64,000 nt of DNA from the human T2T-CHM13v2.0 reference genome, Homo sapiens: the NCBI RefSeq assembly GCF_009914755.1, contig NC_060929.1. One strand, given 5' to 3'. Position numbers and translations under genes: made by a program. This document shows, one piece after another, positions 28,525 to 43,811 of the stretch. Positions within the stretch are counted from its first letter, which is position 1, and every line of letters begins with the position of its first letter. The notes beneath the pieces were generated by a model, which ran no database searches, had not been told where the DNA came from, and saw only the letters and a list, made by a program, of their open reading frames with translations.

Positions 28525-28975
28525 AATGCATAACTACCCTTTCTTCTGGTATAAGCAGTCAAATGTTATTTTGGGAATGCTTCCCTCACCTAGTTCCAGT
28601 GCATATGGCTGAGGTGGAGATACAGAGAACCCACAAACCCATTTGTTTAAGAGATTATGCCGTGTTCTGTGTTGCACAGGTTCTATGTTAATCCAAACAA
28701 CAGAATATCAGGAATTTTATTTGTCTATCTATGTATTAAAAGAGCTAAATTATTTTTCCAATGTCTTTGATAAAGATAAAGAATTACGTGAGCTTCAGCT
28801 GCTGGTGGCAGCTACAGGAAGATGGCTTGTCTGAGAGTGTGTATGCATGCATGCGTGTGTGTGTGTGCCTGTGGGTGCGTAAGAGAAAGAGAGAATTCTG
28901 AAAGTAATATTTGAGTGCTTGGACTTAGACTTCTTGTCCACCTCTACCCACGAACTTCTCTATGTGATTAAATAA

Positions 28976-29013
<38 letters not shown>

Positions 29014-29070
29014 CAATCTAGGCTGAATTAGGTTTCTGCAACTTGTAACAAATATGGCTTAACTACTGAA
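28525..29070 (+). mobile_element. Ancient ERVL LTR (LTR16-like) with internal (TG)n and (TTA)n tracts
   Basis: The 3' end TAGGCTGAATTAGGTTTCTGCAACTTGTAAC...TAACTA resembles LTR16-group ends; heavily diverged. Confidence 0.5.
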
Positions 29071-29411
29071 TGAAGAAATGAAGAGACTTGATGGAAGCTC
29101 CAGATCCCACTTGCCCATTTTTACCTAGGTAGTAACCATATAATCAGGGAACCAGGATTCTCAGAACAGTTTTTATTTCAAATATTTCCTCCTATTTTCC
29201 CTATCAATATATGTTCAATTGTTACATTTTATTATTTTTCCCCAGAAATAAATGGTAATTATACTCATAGAGCATAGGGACACCAATGAAAACCAAGTTT
29301 TTCCATAGCTACTTTGGGACTTTCCGTGTTCTTTTGTAAATGTCAAATTACAAAAAGAGTTAATTGTAACTACTCTTCCAGCTCTTCCACACAGAACTGT
29401 GAATATTTGTA

Positions 29412-29481
29412 AATATATATATGTGTGTGTGTATATATATATATACACACATACACACACACACACATACATATATATATG
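29412..29481. repeat. Compound (TA)n/(TG)n/(CA)n microsatellite
   Basis: Alternating purine-pyrimidine tract, read directly. Confidence 0.9.
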
Positions 29482-32394
29482 TAATGGTATATTAGTTCAC
29501 AGAGTATATAAAATAGAAAGAGTATATAAATGTATGGTTTAAAAGCTATTAATACTGTGAATAACTTTGCAGTAATAATGAAGTACCCAGGAATGGCCAT
29601 CTTCCCTAGTGCAGCATAAATCTTGGAAATAATACCAAGGTCCTGATAACATCTAGCACAGTTTTTATTGTGTGTATAATGCCCTTTTTGACTACTTAAT
29701 ATGAAAATATTTCTCAGGAATTTTCTAGTTGAAAGCACTTGTATACATCTATTTTCTCATCACCTAGTATTTAAAGGTTTCGAAAAGGCACAGTGGAGTC
29801 ATTTCCTTACTCATATATGAGTTGTAGTGCCAGGAAGCAAGTTTCAGTCTTTCCTGGGAAGTCTTCCTAGATCCAGTCATCATTCTTAGAAGAAAAATAG
29901 GCTAAGAGAAGGACACTGAGAATGTAGAGACAACCCATTTCACCTTCTTATCTTTCACATGAATAAATCAAACTTCAGAGAGCTGTACTGTTGCACTGAT
30001 ATTAACTTGCTGCTGTAGTCCATTGCCCTATTTTCCATTATTTAGTCTGTTTCCATTATTAATGCTGTTGCACTGGGGATATTATAACCTGAATACATCA
30101 GATAATTCCTACATGGAAGAAAGAAATAAAAGGTGGTCATCTAGATAATTCAAGCCCCCCAAAAAGTAAAAGAAAACTTTCAGAGAAATGAGTATAATGC
30201 AGCAGTGACCATTTTAGACAAAAAATATCTCTGCTCTAATGGGCCTTACATTCTAGTAGGGTGAAAGAGTCAATAAATACGATAAATTACTGAAATACAT
30301 GTTAAATGATGATAAGTACCAAATACACAATAGATTGTGTATATACCATGTAACAACACATTATATTTTTAATGTTTTAGAAATAAAATAATGGAAATAT
30401 GTGACCTGGGTAAAACTCACTTCTCTACTTTCAAGTCTGAGCTAAAAGGCTACTATGGGCTGTAGGTATTTTTGTCCAAAAGAGGACTATACTAACAAAA
30501 AAGTGTCAATATATACGTTTGGAATCTGGAGTTGAAAGGGATATAAAGAAAATTCTAATATAGTCCAAATTATCTAGAATAAAATTAGTTAAAAACTACC
30601 GCAGCAAAACATAGAAACTGGGGATAAGGGTGGGTGGACAGAAAAATAAAACATCCAATGGACTTGGGCAGGGGTAGGGAAGAAGAAGGAGAGCAGGGAA
30701 AATTAGAAGTATTCCACAGGTCTCTCATCTTTTTTAGATTGAAAAGAAATAGAGGGGATAGTTTCTATTTGTATTTTATATTCAAACAATATTATAGAAA
30801 TTTGCATGATTATGAAAATAGAGAAAGGAAAAGTAGACATTAACAGAAGAGCAAAGTAAAACTTCCATAAGGAATAAGGAATTCATGAGGAATTCATGAA
30901 ATAATAACAACCTGATCAAACTAGCAGAAAAATAGAACTGGAAAATATAAAAGAGTAATATGAAATGTGTAATACTAAAAAAGCATCAATTCATATGGAA
31001 TTAATAAGCATAATTCATTATACTGAGAGAAAACTGACTGATTTATCCAATCAGGTGAAAAGAGATAGTCAAATTGGCTGTTAAAATAAAAGCTGCATGC
31101 TTTATTAAAAAAACACACTTAAAGTCCACTGATAAAGATGGGTTAGAAAGTAAGCAGATAGACAAAAAAAGGTACCAGGTAATGCAAAGCAAAAAACAAA
31201 AATCCACAGTAAAAATATTAGTAACAAACTATTTGTAATTTAAGATTAAAAGAATTTAAAAAGATAAAGATGAGTATTATATAATAAAAGACATCTTTTA
31301 TGAAGAAGACATATTAATAGTAGATACAACCCTACAGCTCCAAAGCATAGCATATAAATACATAAAATCTTTTAGAAGGAGACAGGTTAAAAATCAAATT
31401 TTAGAGGAAGTCTTCAACACACTAATCAGAATTGGAAAATTCTATAGAAGCCTTTACACCTTGACAAAGACTGACAGAATCTATTTTATCAGAACTCTGG
31501 AATTGAATCCAAAATTTTCAATAACCCAGAGGATTACTTAATGAAAAAAAAAGGCAGCTGACATTTGGTAAGAGAATGTTGTGCTGCTTTTACACATATG
31601 ACTCCCATTTACCATTTTCCAGCATGGTGGGCAGGGGGAGGTAGCTGTGGGGAGGGCAGCTCATATTCTTGGTGTGGCTTGCTATTGCCAGAATGATAAT
31701 ATACACCTTGTTATTCAAATACTGTAGTTGTACATTTGGACCTGACTGGTGGTTCCCTTAGGGACCAGTTCAGAGCCTGAATTTTGTTCTGCCACCCTCC
31801 CATCCTAGACTGGAGCAGCTTTCTGGGTTGTGGTGATATCTATTGAAATATTTAATGACATACCCTACCTATGCCCACCTGAGGCAGGAGGTGATAGACA
31901 GGACAAGTAGCAGGCAGAAAAAAAGTTCAGAAAGAAGAAGCCTAGTGATAAAGTTTTTTGAAGAAACAAAGTCTTGGAAGGGCCACTTCATTTATTGGGG
32001 AAGATGAAGTGCAAAACACATGCTTAGAACCAAACATTGAGAGTACCCTAGCACTGCACCTCTGACAGATCTGTGAGCTCTGGGCTTTATGAAAGCAGGA
32101 GCTGAAAGTTAAGGCATAATTTTAAGCAATCTGGTTTATGATTTATTTTATTCTTGGCTCTTGGCTAACCACTAAGATAATGGGCAGAGACTTTAGAGTG
32201 CCCACATGACAAGGAATGCAATTTTTGCAAAAAATAGTTTTGGAAACATTACCAAACAATTGGATGACTGAAGCTTTCAATGATTAGCATTAGAAAACTT
32301 TGGAGAAAAGGAATTATTTGATTTCTGAAGTTAACACATGATAATATTCAAAATGCCTAATTTTCAACCCCAGATCAGAAGGCATTAAAAAAAA

Positions 32395-33345
32395 AAAAGA
32401 AAATACTTGCAAACTATGCATCTGACAAAGGTCTCATATCCAGAATCTATAAAGAATTTAAACAAATCCACAAGCAAAAAAATAAATAAATAAACCTTAT
32501 TTAAAAATGGGCAAAAGATATGAACAGACACTTCTTAAAAGACATACACATGGCCAACATGCATAAGAAAAAATGCTCAATATCACTAATCGTCAGAGAA
32601 ATGCAAATTACAACCACAATGAGATGCTAGTCAGAATGGCTATTAATAAAAAGGAATAAAAGAACAGATGCTGGTGAGGCTACAGAGAAAAGGGAATGCT
32701 TACACACTGTTGGTGGAAATGCAAATTAGTTTGGCCACTGTGGAAAGTAGTTTGGAAATTTCTCAATGAACTTAAAATGGAATTACCATTTGACATGGCA
32801 ATCCCATTACTGGATACCCAAAGAAATATAAATCATTCTACCATAAAGACATATGTACTTGTATGCTCATTGCAGCACTATTCACAATAGCAAAGACGTG
32901 TAATCAACGTAGATGCCCATCAATGGTGCATTGGATAAAGAAAATGTGGTACATATAGTCCATGGGATACTATGCCGCCATAAAAAATGAAATCATGTCT
33001 TTTACAGCAACATGGATGCAGCTGGAGGACAGTATCCTAAGTAAATTAACGTAGAAACAGAAAACAAATTTCGCACGTTCTCACTTATAAGTAGGAGCTA
33101 AACATTGAGTACACATGGACACAAACAGGGGAAAAATAGACATCAGGACCTACTTAGGGCGAAGGATGGAGGAGAATGAGGGTTGAAAAACTACTTATCA
33201 GGTACTATGCTCACTACCTCAGTGACAAAATCATTTGTGTACCAAACCCCAGAAACTCACAATTTACTCGTGTAACAAACCTGCACATGTACCCTCTGAA
33301 ACTAAAATAAAAGTTGGAAATGGAAAAAAATAAACAAAAAGGAAA
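32395..33345 (+). mobile_element. 5'-truncated L1PA16/L1PB-age 3' end
   Basis: [16 protein letters not shown]; the 3'UTR ends AACAAACCTGCACATGTACCCTCTGAAACTAAAATAAAAG followed by an A-rich tail. Confidence 0.9.
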
Positions 33346-35312
33346 AAAATGAGAAAAAATCATATATTATGGGAGTCTTAGAAGAAAAAGAGAATGAAAA
33401 AAGGGCAGAAAGAATAGTTGAAGAAATAATGGCTGAAAACTTCCCATATTTGATGAAAGATATAATCTACACATACAAAAAACTCAACAAATGCAAAGTA
33501 GAAAAAATGCAAAGAAATCAACACCCAGACATTTAATCAAATAAAAGACAAAGAGAGAATCTTGAAGAAGCAAGAGAGAAGCGAGCTCGTCATGTACAAG
33601 AGATTCTCAATAAAATTAAAGCCTATGTCTTTCTCATCAGAAACTGTGGAGGCTAAAAGGCAATGGAATGACATATTTAAATTTCTGAAAGAAAAAGAAC
33701 AACCCATAAAGCAAGAATTCTGTCTCTGGCAAAATTATTCTTCAAAAATGAAGAAGAAATATAAACATCCCTAGGTAAATAAAAGCTGAGGGAGTTCTTT
33801 TCTTGTAGACCGGCCCTACAAGAAATGCTAAAGAAAGTCTTTCAGGTTGAAATAAAAAGACACAGGGCAATATCTCAAAGCCATATGAAGAAATAAAGAA
33901 TATTGGTAAGGGTAACCACGTAGATAAATATAAAAGCCAGTGCTAATATTTTTTATTTGTAATACCACTTTTTATATTCTACATGATTTAAAAGACAAGT
34001 GTATAAAATGATAATTATAATCTCTGTTAATAAGCAAACAGTGTATAAATATGTAATCGTGACTACAACAACTTAAAAGGGGAATTAAGTGATGAAGCTG
34101 TTTTATTCCCTGGTTCTCTCCGAAAAAACTGATCAATCTATAGTTTAGCATGTATCTTTAATTGCTTCCCTATTGCCTTTCACTACAACTTTCACTATTC
34201 TCCCTTTAGGCTCGAATGTCTCCAGGCTCTGTTGCAAGTCAAGTCAATTTCTTTAGTGCAAGATTATGAACTGTTTTATGACCTGATTCTCCACCCAGGG
34301 AAATTTCTGAGACAGATATCTAAGACTAGGGATGGAGACAATGGCACCCTCTCTCTGAGGGACACTTTCATTCTAGGAGCTGAATGGTAGGTGTTTGAAG
34401 GGAAGTAGCCTGATATTCTCTTGGTTTGCCTCTCCTGATGTGGAAACACTGCTTTCTGAGCTGAAGCAAAGTAATCGGAGCCCAAATATTTTCAGAATGT
34501 TGTGCTCATGTTATGCTTCCATCCCTCAAATGGGGGCTGCGTGGAAGAAGAGGGGCTTTACCTCTCAACTGCACTCACCTGGAGCTTAGTCTAAGTAAAA
34601 GGTAACTGTTTTTCAAAGATGAATTATTAATTAAATAGAATATGGCATTACACTCTGGATTTATATGTGAGAAGGTAAAATAAATAAAAAGAGCATGAAA
34701 AATAGGGGACTTTAATGTAATTTTAATATAACATGTAATTTTAATTACATAACATTATTATGTAATGTAATGTAAGTTTCTTTGGTCTTGTAATATTGAT
34801 TCTAAGCAGGGTGTGGTAAAATAATAGATATTGCAATCCATAAGCAATTAAAAACATATACAAAAAAAGTTTAGCTAAAATGTCACTAGAGAAACTGAAA
34901 TGGGATGTAAATAGGAAAAAGGCAACACAATGCAAATGAAAGCTACATAAAATAAATAGCAAGATGGTAAACTCAAACATATTAATACATATATTAAATA
35001 TAAATGGATTAAACACACCTATTAAAATGAGAAGATTGACAGACTGGATAAAAAATATCAACAGCCAACTATATGCTTTCTACACTACATATACTTCAGC
35101 ATAAAAACATAGATATGAAAAGCAAAAATATGAAAAAGGCATACCATGTAAACAGTAAGCATTAAGTCAGCTGGTATGGCTGTATCAATATCAGATAAAC
35201 GCTACTTTGAAATGAGGACAATTACCAAGGATAGAATAAAGCACTCCATAATGTCAAATGGGTGAATTTCTCAGGAAGCAATAAAAATTCTAAACTTGTA
35301 TAGACCTAATAA

Positions 35313-35516
<204 letters not shown>

Positions 35517-36815
35517 TGATATTTTGATGAAGATTCAGACACAATTCAATGGAGGAAGTATATTCTTTACAAAAAATGGTTCAGGAACAATTGGACATCC
35601 ACAGGCAATAAGAAACTATTTATATATAATATAAAAATTAATTCCAAATGGTTTATGAACTTAAGTGTAAAATATAAAACTTTTAGATGAAAACATGGGA
35701 GACCATCTTTGGGATCAAGAATTAGGCAAAAAGTACTTAGATATGAAAATAACTGAATGATCCATAAAAGGAAATCATCAAGTTGGAATTCATCAAAATG
35801 AAAAAATTGTACTATGAAAGACTATTAAAAGGATGAAAATACAAACTATAACTCTAAGAAGAAATATCTGCAAGTCACATATACAAAATATTTTTATATG
35901 CCTAGACCATATAAAGAACTCTCAAAACATAACAGTGAAAAAACAACAATCCAATTTAATAGGCAAATTACATGAACAGCTATTTTCTCAAAGGGTAAAT
36001 AGAGATGGCAAGTAACCACATAAAATGATGCTCAACATCCTTAGGCAAATCTGTAGACATGGAGAACGCATTAGTTCTTGCTAGGGGACAGGGACTTAGT
36101 GGATGGGAGGTGGCTACAATTGCAAGGAAATAGCACAAAGGAGTTCTTTTGTAGTGGTGGCGGATGAGGTTTTTTAAAAATCTTTGTTGCGTTGGTTACA
36201 TTAATCTATATGTGGGATAAAATTGCATGTACACAAATGCAGAAAATGATTATAGGCTTAAAAAATAGTGAAAACTGAAGAAGGTCTAAAGCCTAGTTAA
36301 CAGTGATGTACCAATATCAAATTCCTTGTTTTTATATGGTGCTACACCTATACGGTAAGCCTATAATTATTTCAAAATAAAAATTCAAAAAATTTACATC
36401 TCCCCCATAAAGAACACAGACCCATTTCCTGTAGTAAAAGAAAACAAACTACAATAAATGCGGGAATGTGATGAGCCCACGGAATGCTTAAAACATAAGG
36501 AAATAAACAAGTGGGTGAATCTAATGTGGGAAGTAGTATTTGAATTTAATTCCTGATTCTGTTAAAACTGGAAATAACTGAAGAGTAACTTCAAGGAATT
36601 ATTAACAGGATGCTTCCTTCTTATCTTTTAGCTCTATAAGAATATTCTAAGTGTTTCAGATAGGCCTCTTCCAACAGTTATCAAGCCCTTATGAAATATT
36701 TTGAGCTACTGACAGGCATTATGCACAGTGGCAGAACAATGACATAGTGTCTGGTGAATGCAGGAAATTACTAGTCACAGAAACAATTCTGACCTAACAA
36801 GTGAGATTTTAAAAT

Positions 36816-36847
<32 letters not shown>

Positions 36848-36848
36848 T
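36816..36848. repeat. (TA)n(CA)n microsatellite
   Basis: Read directly. Confidence 0.9.
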
Positions 36849-39087
36849 AGGAAAACTTAGCTAAGTAATACAGCTTTGAATAGTTGTGAAAAGTATACCT
36901 GCATATTCCTGACTACACAATCGGCCAAAAAAAAAAAAAAAGTGGGGGTTCCCAGGAAAAGATCACACAATTCAGTTTTCAAGTGATCCTTAAGTGACAT
37001 CACTTCATTGCTTAAGCCAGCACTAGAAACAGAATTGTTAATACTCACTTCCTGATTCTCCTGAACTCATTTCTGGTCTGCATGCTGTCACTAACTCATG
37101 TCCTTTAATTCTTCCTGATACAGAATTGTCCCTTTGCTTTCTCATGCTATGTATATTTTATTTACCTTTTCTTATCATCCCTTCAAGGTGTTTTAATCAT
37201 TTTTAGCACTTCCTTGGGGCTCAAGTATAAGTTATTTATTAAGTATTTTGTTAAGATTTTATTAACTGATGTCTTGCTGTTATACAACAAGGGAAATGAG
37301 ACAAAGATATAAAACAAAGCAAAAGGGTCACAGAGAGAAGGCAAAGTATAATTAAGCTCATGAAATTTTTAGCTATTTTATGGATACCCTGCTAGTGGCC
37401 CCATAGGATTAAAACAAGTTCAAAAATATTAACATGTTCAATAGATAAGGAAATATAGATGACAGAATCATAAACTTGCTAACTTATAGAGAACAAAAAG
37501 GAAAACAGAAAATTTGCATTAGATAGCCACTTTTTAAGCTGTAATCCCAAAAGACACTTCTCCTAATTCAATTAGAATTATCCTAACACACATACGTCTC
37601 ATACAGTAATGTAAATAAAGGTACATTGTGAGGTCAACGTAGATATAAATGTATGAATAAAAATAGATCAAGATGGCAAAATTTATACAGATTTGCAAAC
37701 ATGCCTGTAGTATCACTTGTTTCTACATCCTATTTATGTAATAGATTTCATAGAAAGCAAACATTTTAATTAATCCCTAATAAAATGAGCAGAATGACAT
37801 TCATTTTTGCTTCTAAATATTTTTTTCTATTTCTCTTGCTTCTCTATTGCCTTGTTTATCATTATCTAAATTATTAAAATTCTAATAGTCCCCTCGATGC
37901 CTAGCATGGTTTGGTGCTAAAAACAGCACTTGTCAATGTATTCATGTTAACAGAACTATATTAAAACATCACTTACACATATCAGAAATGTCTTATTCAA
38001 AAAGCTCATAAATAAAAAGTTGGGCAAGCCAAGATAGGTCCAATAATGAGGTGTCCCTGGTGAAGGTGGAAGTTGTGAAAGTGTTCGCGAAGAGTGAGAA
38101 CATGAAAAAGTTTAGCAAATTAAGGTGGGGCCAAGTCATAAATTCCCTAAAACTCAGGTTAAGGAGGTGTATGTTTCTTCCTGAATTATTCAGAGGTGAT
38201 GAAAGATGAAGTGAAAACACTTATCAAGTGAAAACACATTTCTTTTTAATCGGGAGTCTTACATCTCATTGTACAGATGTGCATGACTCACTTGGCCTAC
38301 CTCGCAATTGATTCGAAGTCAAGAAAAATTGTTTCACTTTCCACTTTCACTTTTCCTGATGAGGAGAAGCCAATGTGGTGAAATGCAGGAATGAAATTAT
38401 GATATCAGAATACTTTCCCTGGAAAGACAAGTGCAGGCGCACATCTGAGGTGCACATAGGAAATTTTACGCTGTATTTCTGGCTCTTAGCTTATGTGAAT
38501 GCTGAAAATTTTGGTAGGTGCATGATTGGAGCCTGAGTTGGAGTCTCATTCAGGAATTGCAGAAAATACCAAGGAGACATAACTTTTCAAGCTATGTCTC
38601 CACATGGTGTAGGAATGTCAGTTGCTTCTTTTGTTGAATAGTGATGATTTTATTATCCAAAATGCAGAGAGCCTCAGAAATAATACAAGTAATCTCTCAC
38701 AGGTTTGTGCTTTCCAAAGCCCACAGCACTCTGCAAATCTCAAACTCTTTCCTACCCTTCATCTCCTAGGTTTACTTTCTCACAAGCTTGAAGCTCACCA
38801 TCATCTTGATTAATTTCAGTGCACATGATCAAAATGTGCTTTAGCTGGGCTCAACATTCTCTGATGTATTTGAGTTTAAGAGACCTTGCCTCTATTCCAC
38901 AGTTCACTCTAAATACTATTCCCTGGATTTTGCTATCATCTAGAACTGCCCCACATTTGAAATCTTGTTTTGGAAATTTTTTTTTCTAAAGGAAAGTAAT
39001 TACTGCTCATTATAGAGATTTTGGAAAAATTACCCATAAACTCGTAATCTAAAATTATATCAGAGTCATTCAGTGCTGTCTCTATCT

Positions 39088-39245
39088 CTTTTTATTTTAA
39101 ATTTTTTAAAAATTTAATTGGCAAGTAATAATTATATGTGTTTATGAGGTACAATGGGATGTTTCAATATATGTTTACCTTGCAGAGTGATTAAATCAAG
39201 ATAATTAACACATCCATTACCTTACATACTTATGATTGTGTTTGT
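39088..39245 (-). mobile_element. Short L1MA-type 3' terminus
   Basis: TTTATGAGGTACAATGGGATGTTTCAATATATG...GATTAAATCAAGATAATTAACACATCCATTACC. Confidence 0.78.
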
Positions 39246-42200
39246 GTGTGTGTATGTGCATGTGTGTATGTTAAAATCCATCTCCTTAAATCAGGGAATC
39301 CAGTGGTGGGGATGGGTTTAACTTCTTGTTGGCTTCTCCTATCCTCTTCTAGGGACTTATGTTTGACTTTGTCTGGCTTTACTACGTCAATTCCAACTTC
39401 CTAACCATTTTTCGTCTTCCCAAATTTTTGACATTACTTTTTCTGCTGTTTCTTGTTCTCTCTGTGCTTATAGGGTTATACCTTTTATTACTTTTAGTGG
39501 TTTTCAGAGGGAGCAGAGATAAACAATTGTGTTCAGTCTGCCATGTTTAGCATGTTTAACTTCCCAGCTATAGCCAGTCCTTTTGCACAGCAACCAGCCT
39601 CTCCTATTTGCTCCATCTCGGCAGCATTGTTCTTTCCACTTTAAGCCCCTAGTGCCCTTCTGCCTTCTGTATCTTATCTTGTTACTAAAAGCTAGAAATG
39701 AACTAACCATAATTTACATATGTTTTTCTTAATATCTCCAGCTTTTCATGACATGACACTTCTACTACCATTTTTCAGTTGCCATAATCCTCTTTCTTAA
39801 AAGAAGATTTTAAGAAAATCTTCATCTCGTGGTCAAACAGAAAATGATGATAGTAATATAAGCTGGTTACACATAATGGGGTTTGACTAATTATATATAC
39901 ATGTGAACACATTTGAGTCAATATGTTTTTTCAAGCAGGGCTTACATTTTGCTTTTTTCTCTGAGAATAAACTAGAAACTTGTATGACTATTTAAGGAAT
40001 TCTGGATTTTTGCCTACAAGTGAAGAAATGTGTGCTTTGTCTAGTTCTGGGATGTTCTGACATTATATTGAAGCATGTACCTTTATCCAGTCAGAAGAAT
40101 GCTTTGATAAGTTGGAATTTTGTAAATATCCTGCTCATCTGGTTTTATCCCATATAGGCACCCAAATCCTGACCAGAGTGGTCAGATACCATGTTCACTA
40201 CAGGTACTTAAGAGAAATTATCTTAGATATTATGAAAAGGGAAAATATATATTTGTCAATATAATTGGTCCACTTTTTTGAATGCCCTGATAAAAGCATA
40301 AAAATGCAAGAGGTTCAAACCAGCTCTTCCTGGCTGAGTCGCCTGTTGAATTCTGCAAATAGCCTTTGGGTTATCTATCATACTTTACCCATGGCTTCAA
40401 TTTTTTGCTTTCTTGTGACATTTTTTTCAAACTAGTTACAGATTTTTCTTAGTTTCTGCTGATTGTCAAATATTACTTTAAATACAATCTTTATCAATTA
40501 ATATACAGGCAATCCTTCTTTAACTCAACTTCCTTCTGAAAATTCTGGTTGTTTACTTAATTTTGCAATGGCACTTGTAGTAGCTCCACTCTGTAGTCTA
40601 AGTAGCCTCTGGTTCCCCATAAGCTCCTCAGGACCATTTGTGTTCCATGCTGGGACAATAAAAGAAGAATTTAAGCCTCCTTTTAGCAGCAAGAGCCTAT
40701 TTCTTGATTAGGAACTGGGTGGAAAGAAAATGAGTCCTCCACTAAATAGGAATGAGGACATCATGGCATTTCCAATGTTATCCATTAAACATTGCCCTAT
40801 AATGTCCCACTTCTCTGGAAAACCAGTCTTTAAATATATAAAATCCAGGGTTGTATAAGGTTTTATAATTCATCTACTCAAAAGTTTGAACTTAAAGATG
40901 AAATATCATGTCATTTACAGGCAATTGGTGTAAGGTGGGAGCTGTGGCCTGCAGGGATAGTATATTCTTCCCATGTGGCACCTCTTTTGACCAGAACAGG
41001 CTGGAAATAAGCAGCTTATTGCTACTGGAAAACTACTTTCAGGACTACTGTGGACGAGAAGTAAATGTCCCAGTATCATGGCTTCTTCTTGGAACTATAG
41101 TTTTCTCTAAGCCATATTCATATGGCTGATGGGTTTCCTGAGCATTACTGCTTGCCCTTCCCTTCCGCTTTGTTCAGATAATGGGTCAGTAAATATTCTC
41201 CCCTGTCTCTATGACTTAGATGTTGCCTTTGTCCCAAGACACAAAGCTCCGTATTTTACAAATCATTCTATAGTTGGCATTATATCAGCAATATTTAGTG
41301 GTAGGTTTTGTTTCACAGTTTTTTTTCTGATAACAGCTCTCTGTTTTAGAAAGTTCTGGGACCAGGTAATAGTACTAATGGGAGCCAAGCAATATTCTCT
41401 GTTTTTTCTTCTGCTTGCATATCTTACTTATTATTCTTTCCATACACAGGATAGTTTTGTTTACTCTCCTATTTGCATAGTAGAAAATGGTGGCTCCTGT
41501 TACCTGACTTTATGATGTAGTCAGCCAAACAAAAGGTTAAGTTTAAAACCCTTTGGTCCAAATTTGTTATTCCCTAAAAGAGACTGTTACTAGCTTATCT
41601 TGATTCTTTTTTTTTTTCTACTAGCTCATCTTGAGATGAGGGATCCTCATAGCTGAAGAACAAGATTCATGTTATACAGATAAGACTGAAAAAAATGTGG
41701 ATCACTTCGAATTTGGGGCCTGCTATCAGAGAAGGGGAGTCATCAGAGTATCACAGATTATCCAAAAAATGTTCACTACTAAAGCAATGGAAGTAGACAA
41801 GTACATTTAGAGAGTATACACATACTCTGAAGAACTGACATTTAAGGGTAGTGAAAGAGATCTACCAGGGAGTTTGAAAGAAAACCAGGTGTCTGATATT
41901 ATACATGTGAAAGAATGCTTCGAGACAAAAATGATGATGGAAAGTATCAAAGGCTGTTAAAAGATTAAAAGAAAATGTCAGCCATGGATTTAGTGTCACC
42001 AGTTTCATGGCTTCCCCCAAATCCTGCCGTAGTTGAAGACAGAGCCAGGAGAATAAATGAGATTATTTGGGGATATTGTTTATAATTATGGAAAATGTGC
42101 TTTTTGGTTGAACAGATGGGTAGCGTGGGAAAGAATTTAAGTAACTGCTCCAAATCTCAACCTTAATCAAAATAATGTTAAAGACACAATGTAATTATAG

Positions 42201-43811
42201 TCATAGAAGAGTTAAAGCTGTTAGAAAGGAAAACAAATATAGAATTATCAAAAACATGTTAGTTAAAAAAAGATCTGTGAAATATATATAAATATATTAG
42301 ATATATTGAGTTATATAGTCTTCCAAATAATCACATAAGTTAAATACAGTTCATAACAACTTCCACCATGAAATGTATGTCACCAGCAGCTCAAAAATAC
42401 TAGGACTGGTTGTTCAATTCAAATATTGAAAATACCTTAATATGATGTCTATAAAATTTCATGCCTTATCCTTTAAAATGCTCCAGAGAATTAGAAAATA
42501 AAAAAAAATATTGTTTTCCTGTCAATATAATTTATTTGGACATAGGTTCCTAGCCAGATATAATGAAACAAAACATTGTTTGAAATATTATTTTTTCTTA
42601 TGCAATATTGTTTTATTAATTGAATCACAATTTTTATATTGCTCACTAAAATCTCTCTAGTACTTAAAAAATAGTGCAAACAGCAAAACCCCACAAATAA
42701 TTTTTAATAATTTATATATTATTATGTTTATTTATATGAAGTTTTGCTTTTTTCTCCTTAAAGTTGAATACTTTCAAAACACTATTAAACCAAAGGCTAA
42801 AAGAAAATTCTGTCAGGATAATTTTAACTAGAGAGTCAGTTTAGTTGTAAATTTTAATCTGGAAAACTTTTCAAAATTAGGAGATTTTAGTAAATTACAT
42901 AGCTACAGTCACCAATGGTCTGCAGAAAATAAGGCAATGCCCATAAATGCAATGGGAAAGCATGGAAATTTTAAATATCGAAGTTGTAAGACATTTAACA
43001 CCACATAGTCTCTACTCTTTGAAGTGGAAGCTAGGTCTATCCCAGTACAATTTGATGGTGAGGTATACATTGGTGTCTTTTTCATACAGAAATTATTTTT
43101 AATTCCAAAGTTAACATGTGAAAACATTAATAGTCTGGGTGAGATCCAATTGTCTGGACCAAAATGAAACTTGGTGTTAATTCCAAAATCTGATATGCTT
43201 ATATTTGTTTAGTAGTTAGCTCACAATTACCCAAACTGTCCCATGTTTAACTGGAATAAATATGCTAAAGACATCAAGAGATCTTTAAGATAGATAGTAT
43301 TATCATATTCAATATTTTTATCAGACTTTAATTTTTAGATTGGGTTTCAATGTTTTCCATAAGTGTCACTATGGCCATTGGACCATTGTACTGTCTAATG
43401 ACAGAACTTGGTAAAATTTTCAGCTCATTGACTTCACATTTTAAAGTACCTTGTTCAGACTTCGTGTATTTACACAAAATAAATAGCAGACACTTAAATA
43501 TTTGTTCAAGATTCAGATTCAAGTCTGTTAAAATCAGCAGTTATTATACTGAAATGATTAAATTTATTTGTCTGATTTTTCTTCCCCTGCATTCGTTGGT
43601 TTTTTAGAAATCTGTGATAGATTCTGTTTTTTATTTTGTAAACATAGCTTTCATTTGGCTTTGCATTATAAAATATCATGAATGTTTTGTAATTATTTAA
43701 GCATACTATCATCAATAGAGAGCAATTTTCATATGATTGTCAGGATATTCTGGTAATGTTGCCACACAAATTTAACTGGAAACATTTCTCAAAAGTCAAG
43801 AATAATGCTCT

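Noticed and set aside
38572-38600. 9-bp hairpin GGAGACATA/TATGTCTCC
   Set aside because: It is short enough to arise by chance in 64 kb and has no supporting context.
40980-41515. Possible 66-nt exon (ccag|AACAGG...GAGAA|gtaaat) and a 128-aa ORF in the non-repeat stretch
   Set aside because: The splice signals are weak, I recognise no protein similarity, and there are no partner exons; RNA or conservation data would be needed.
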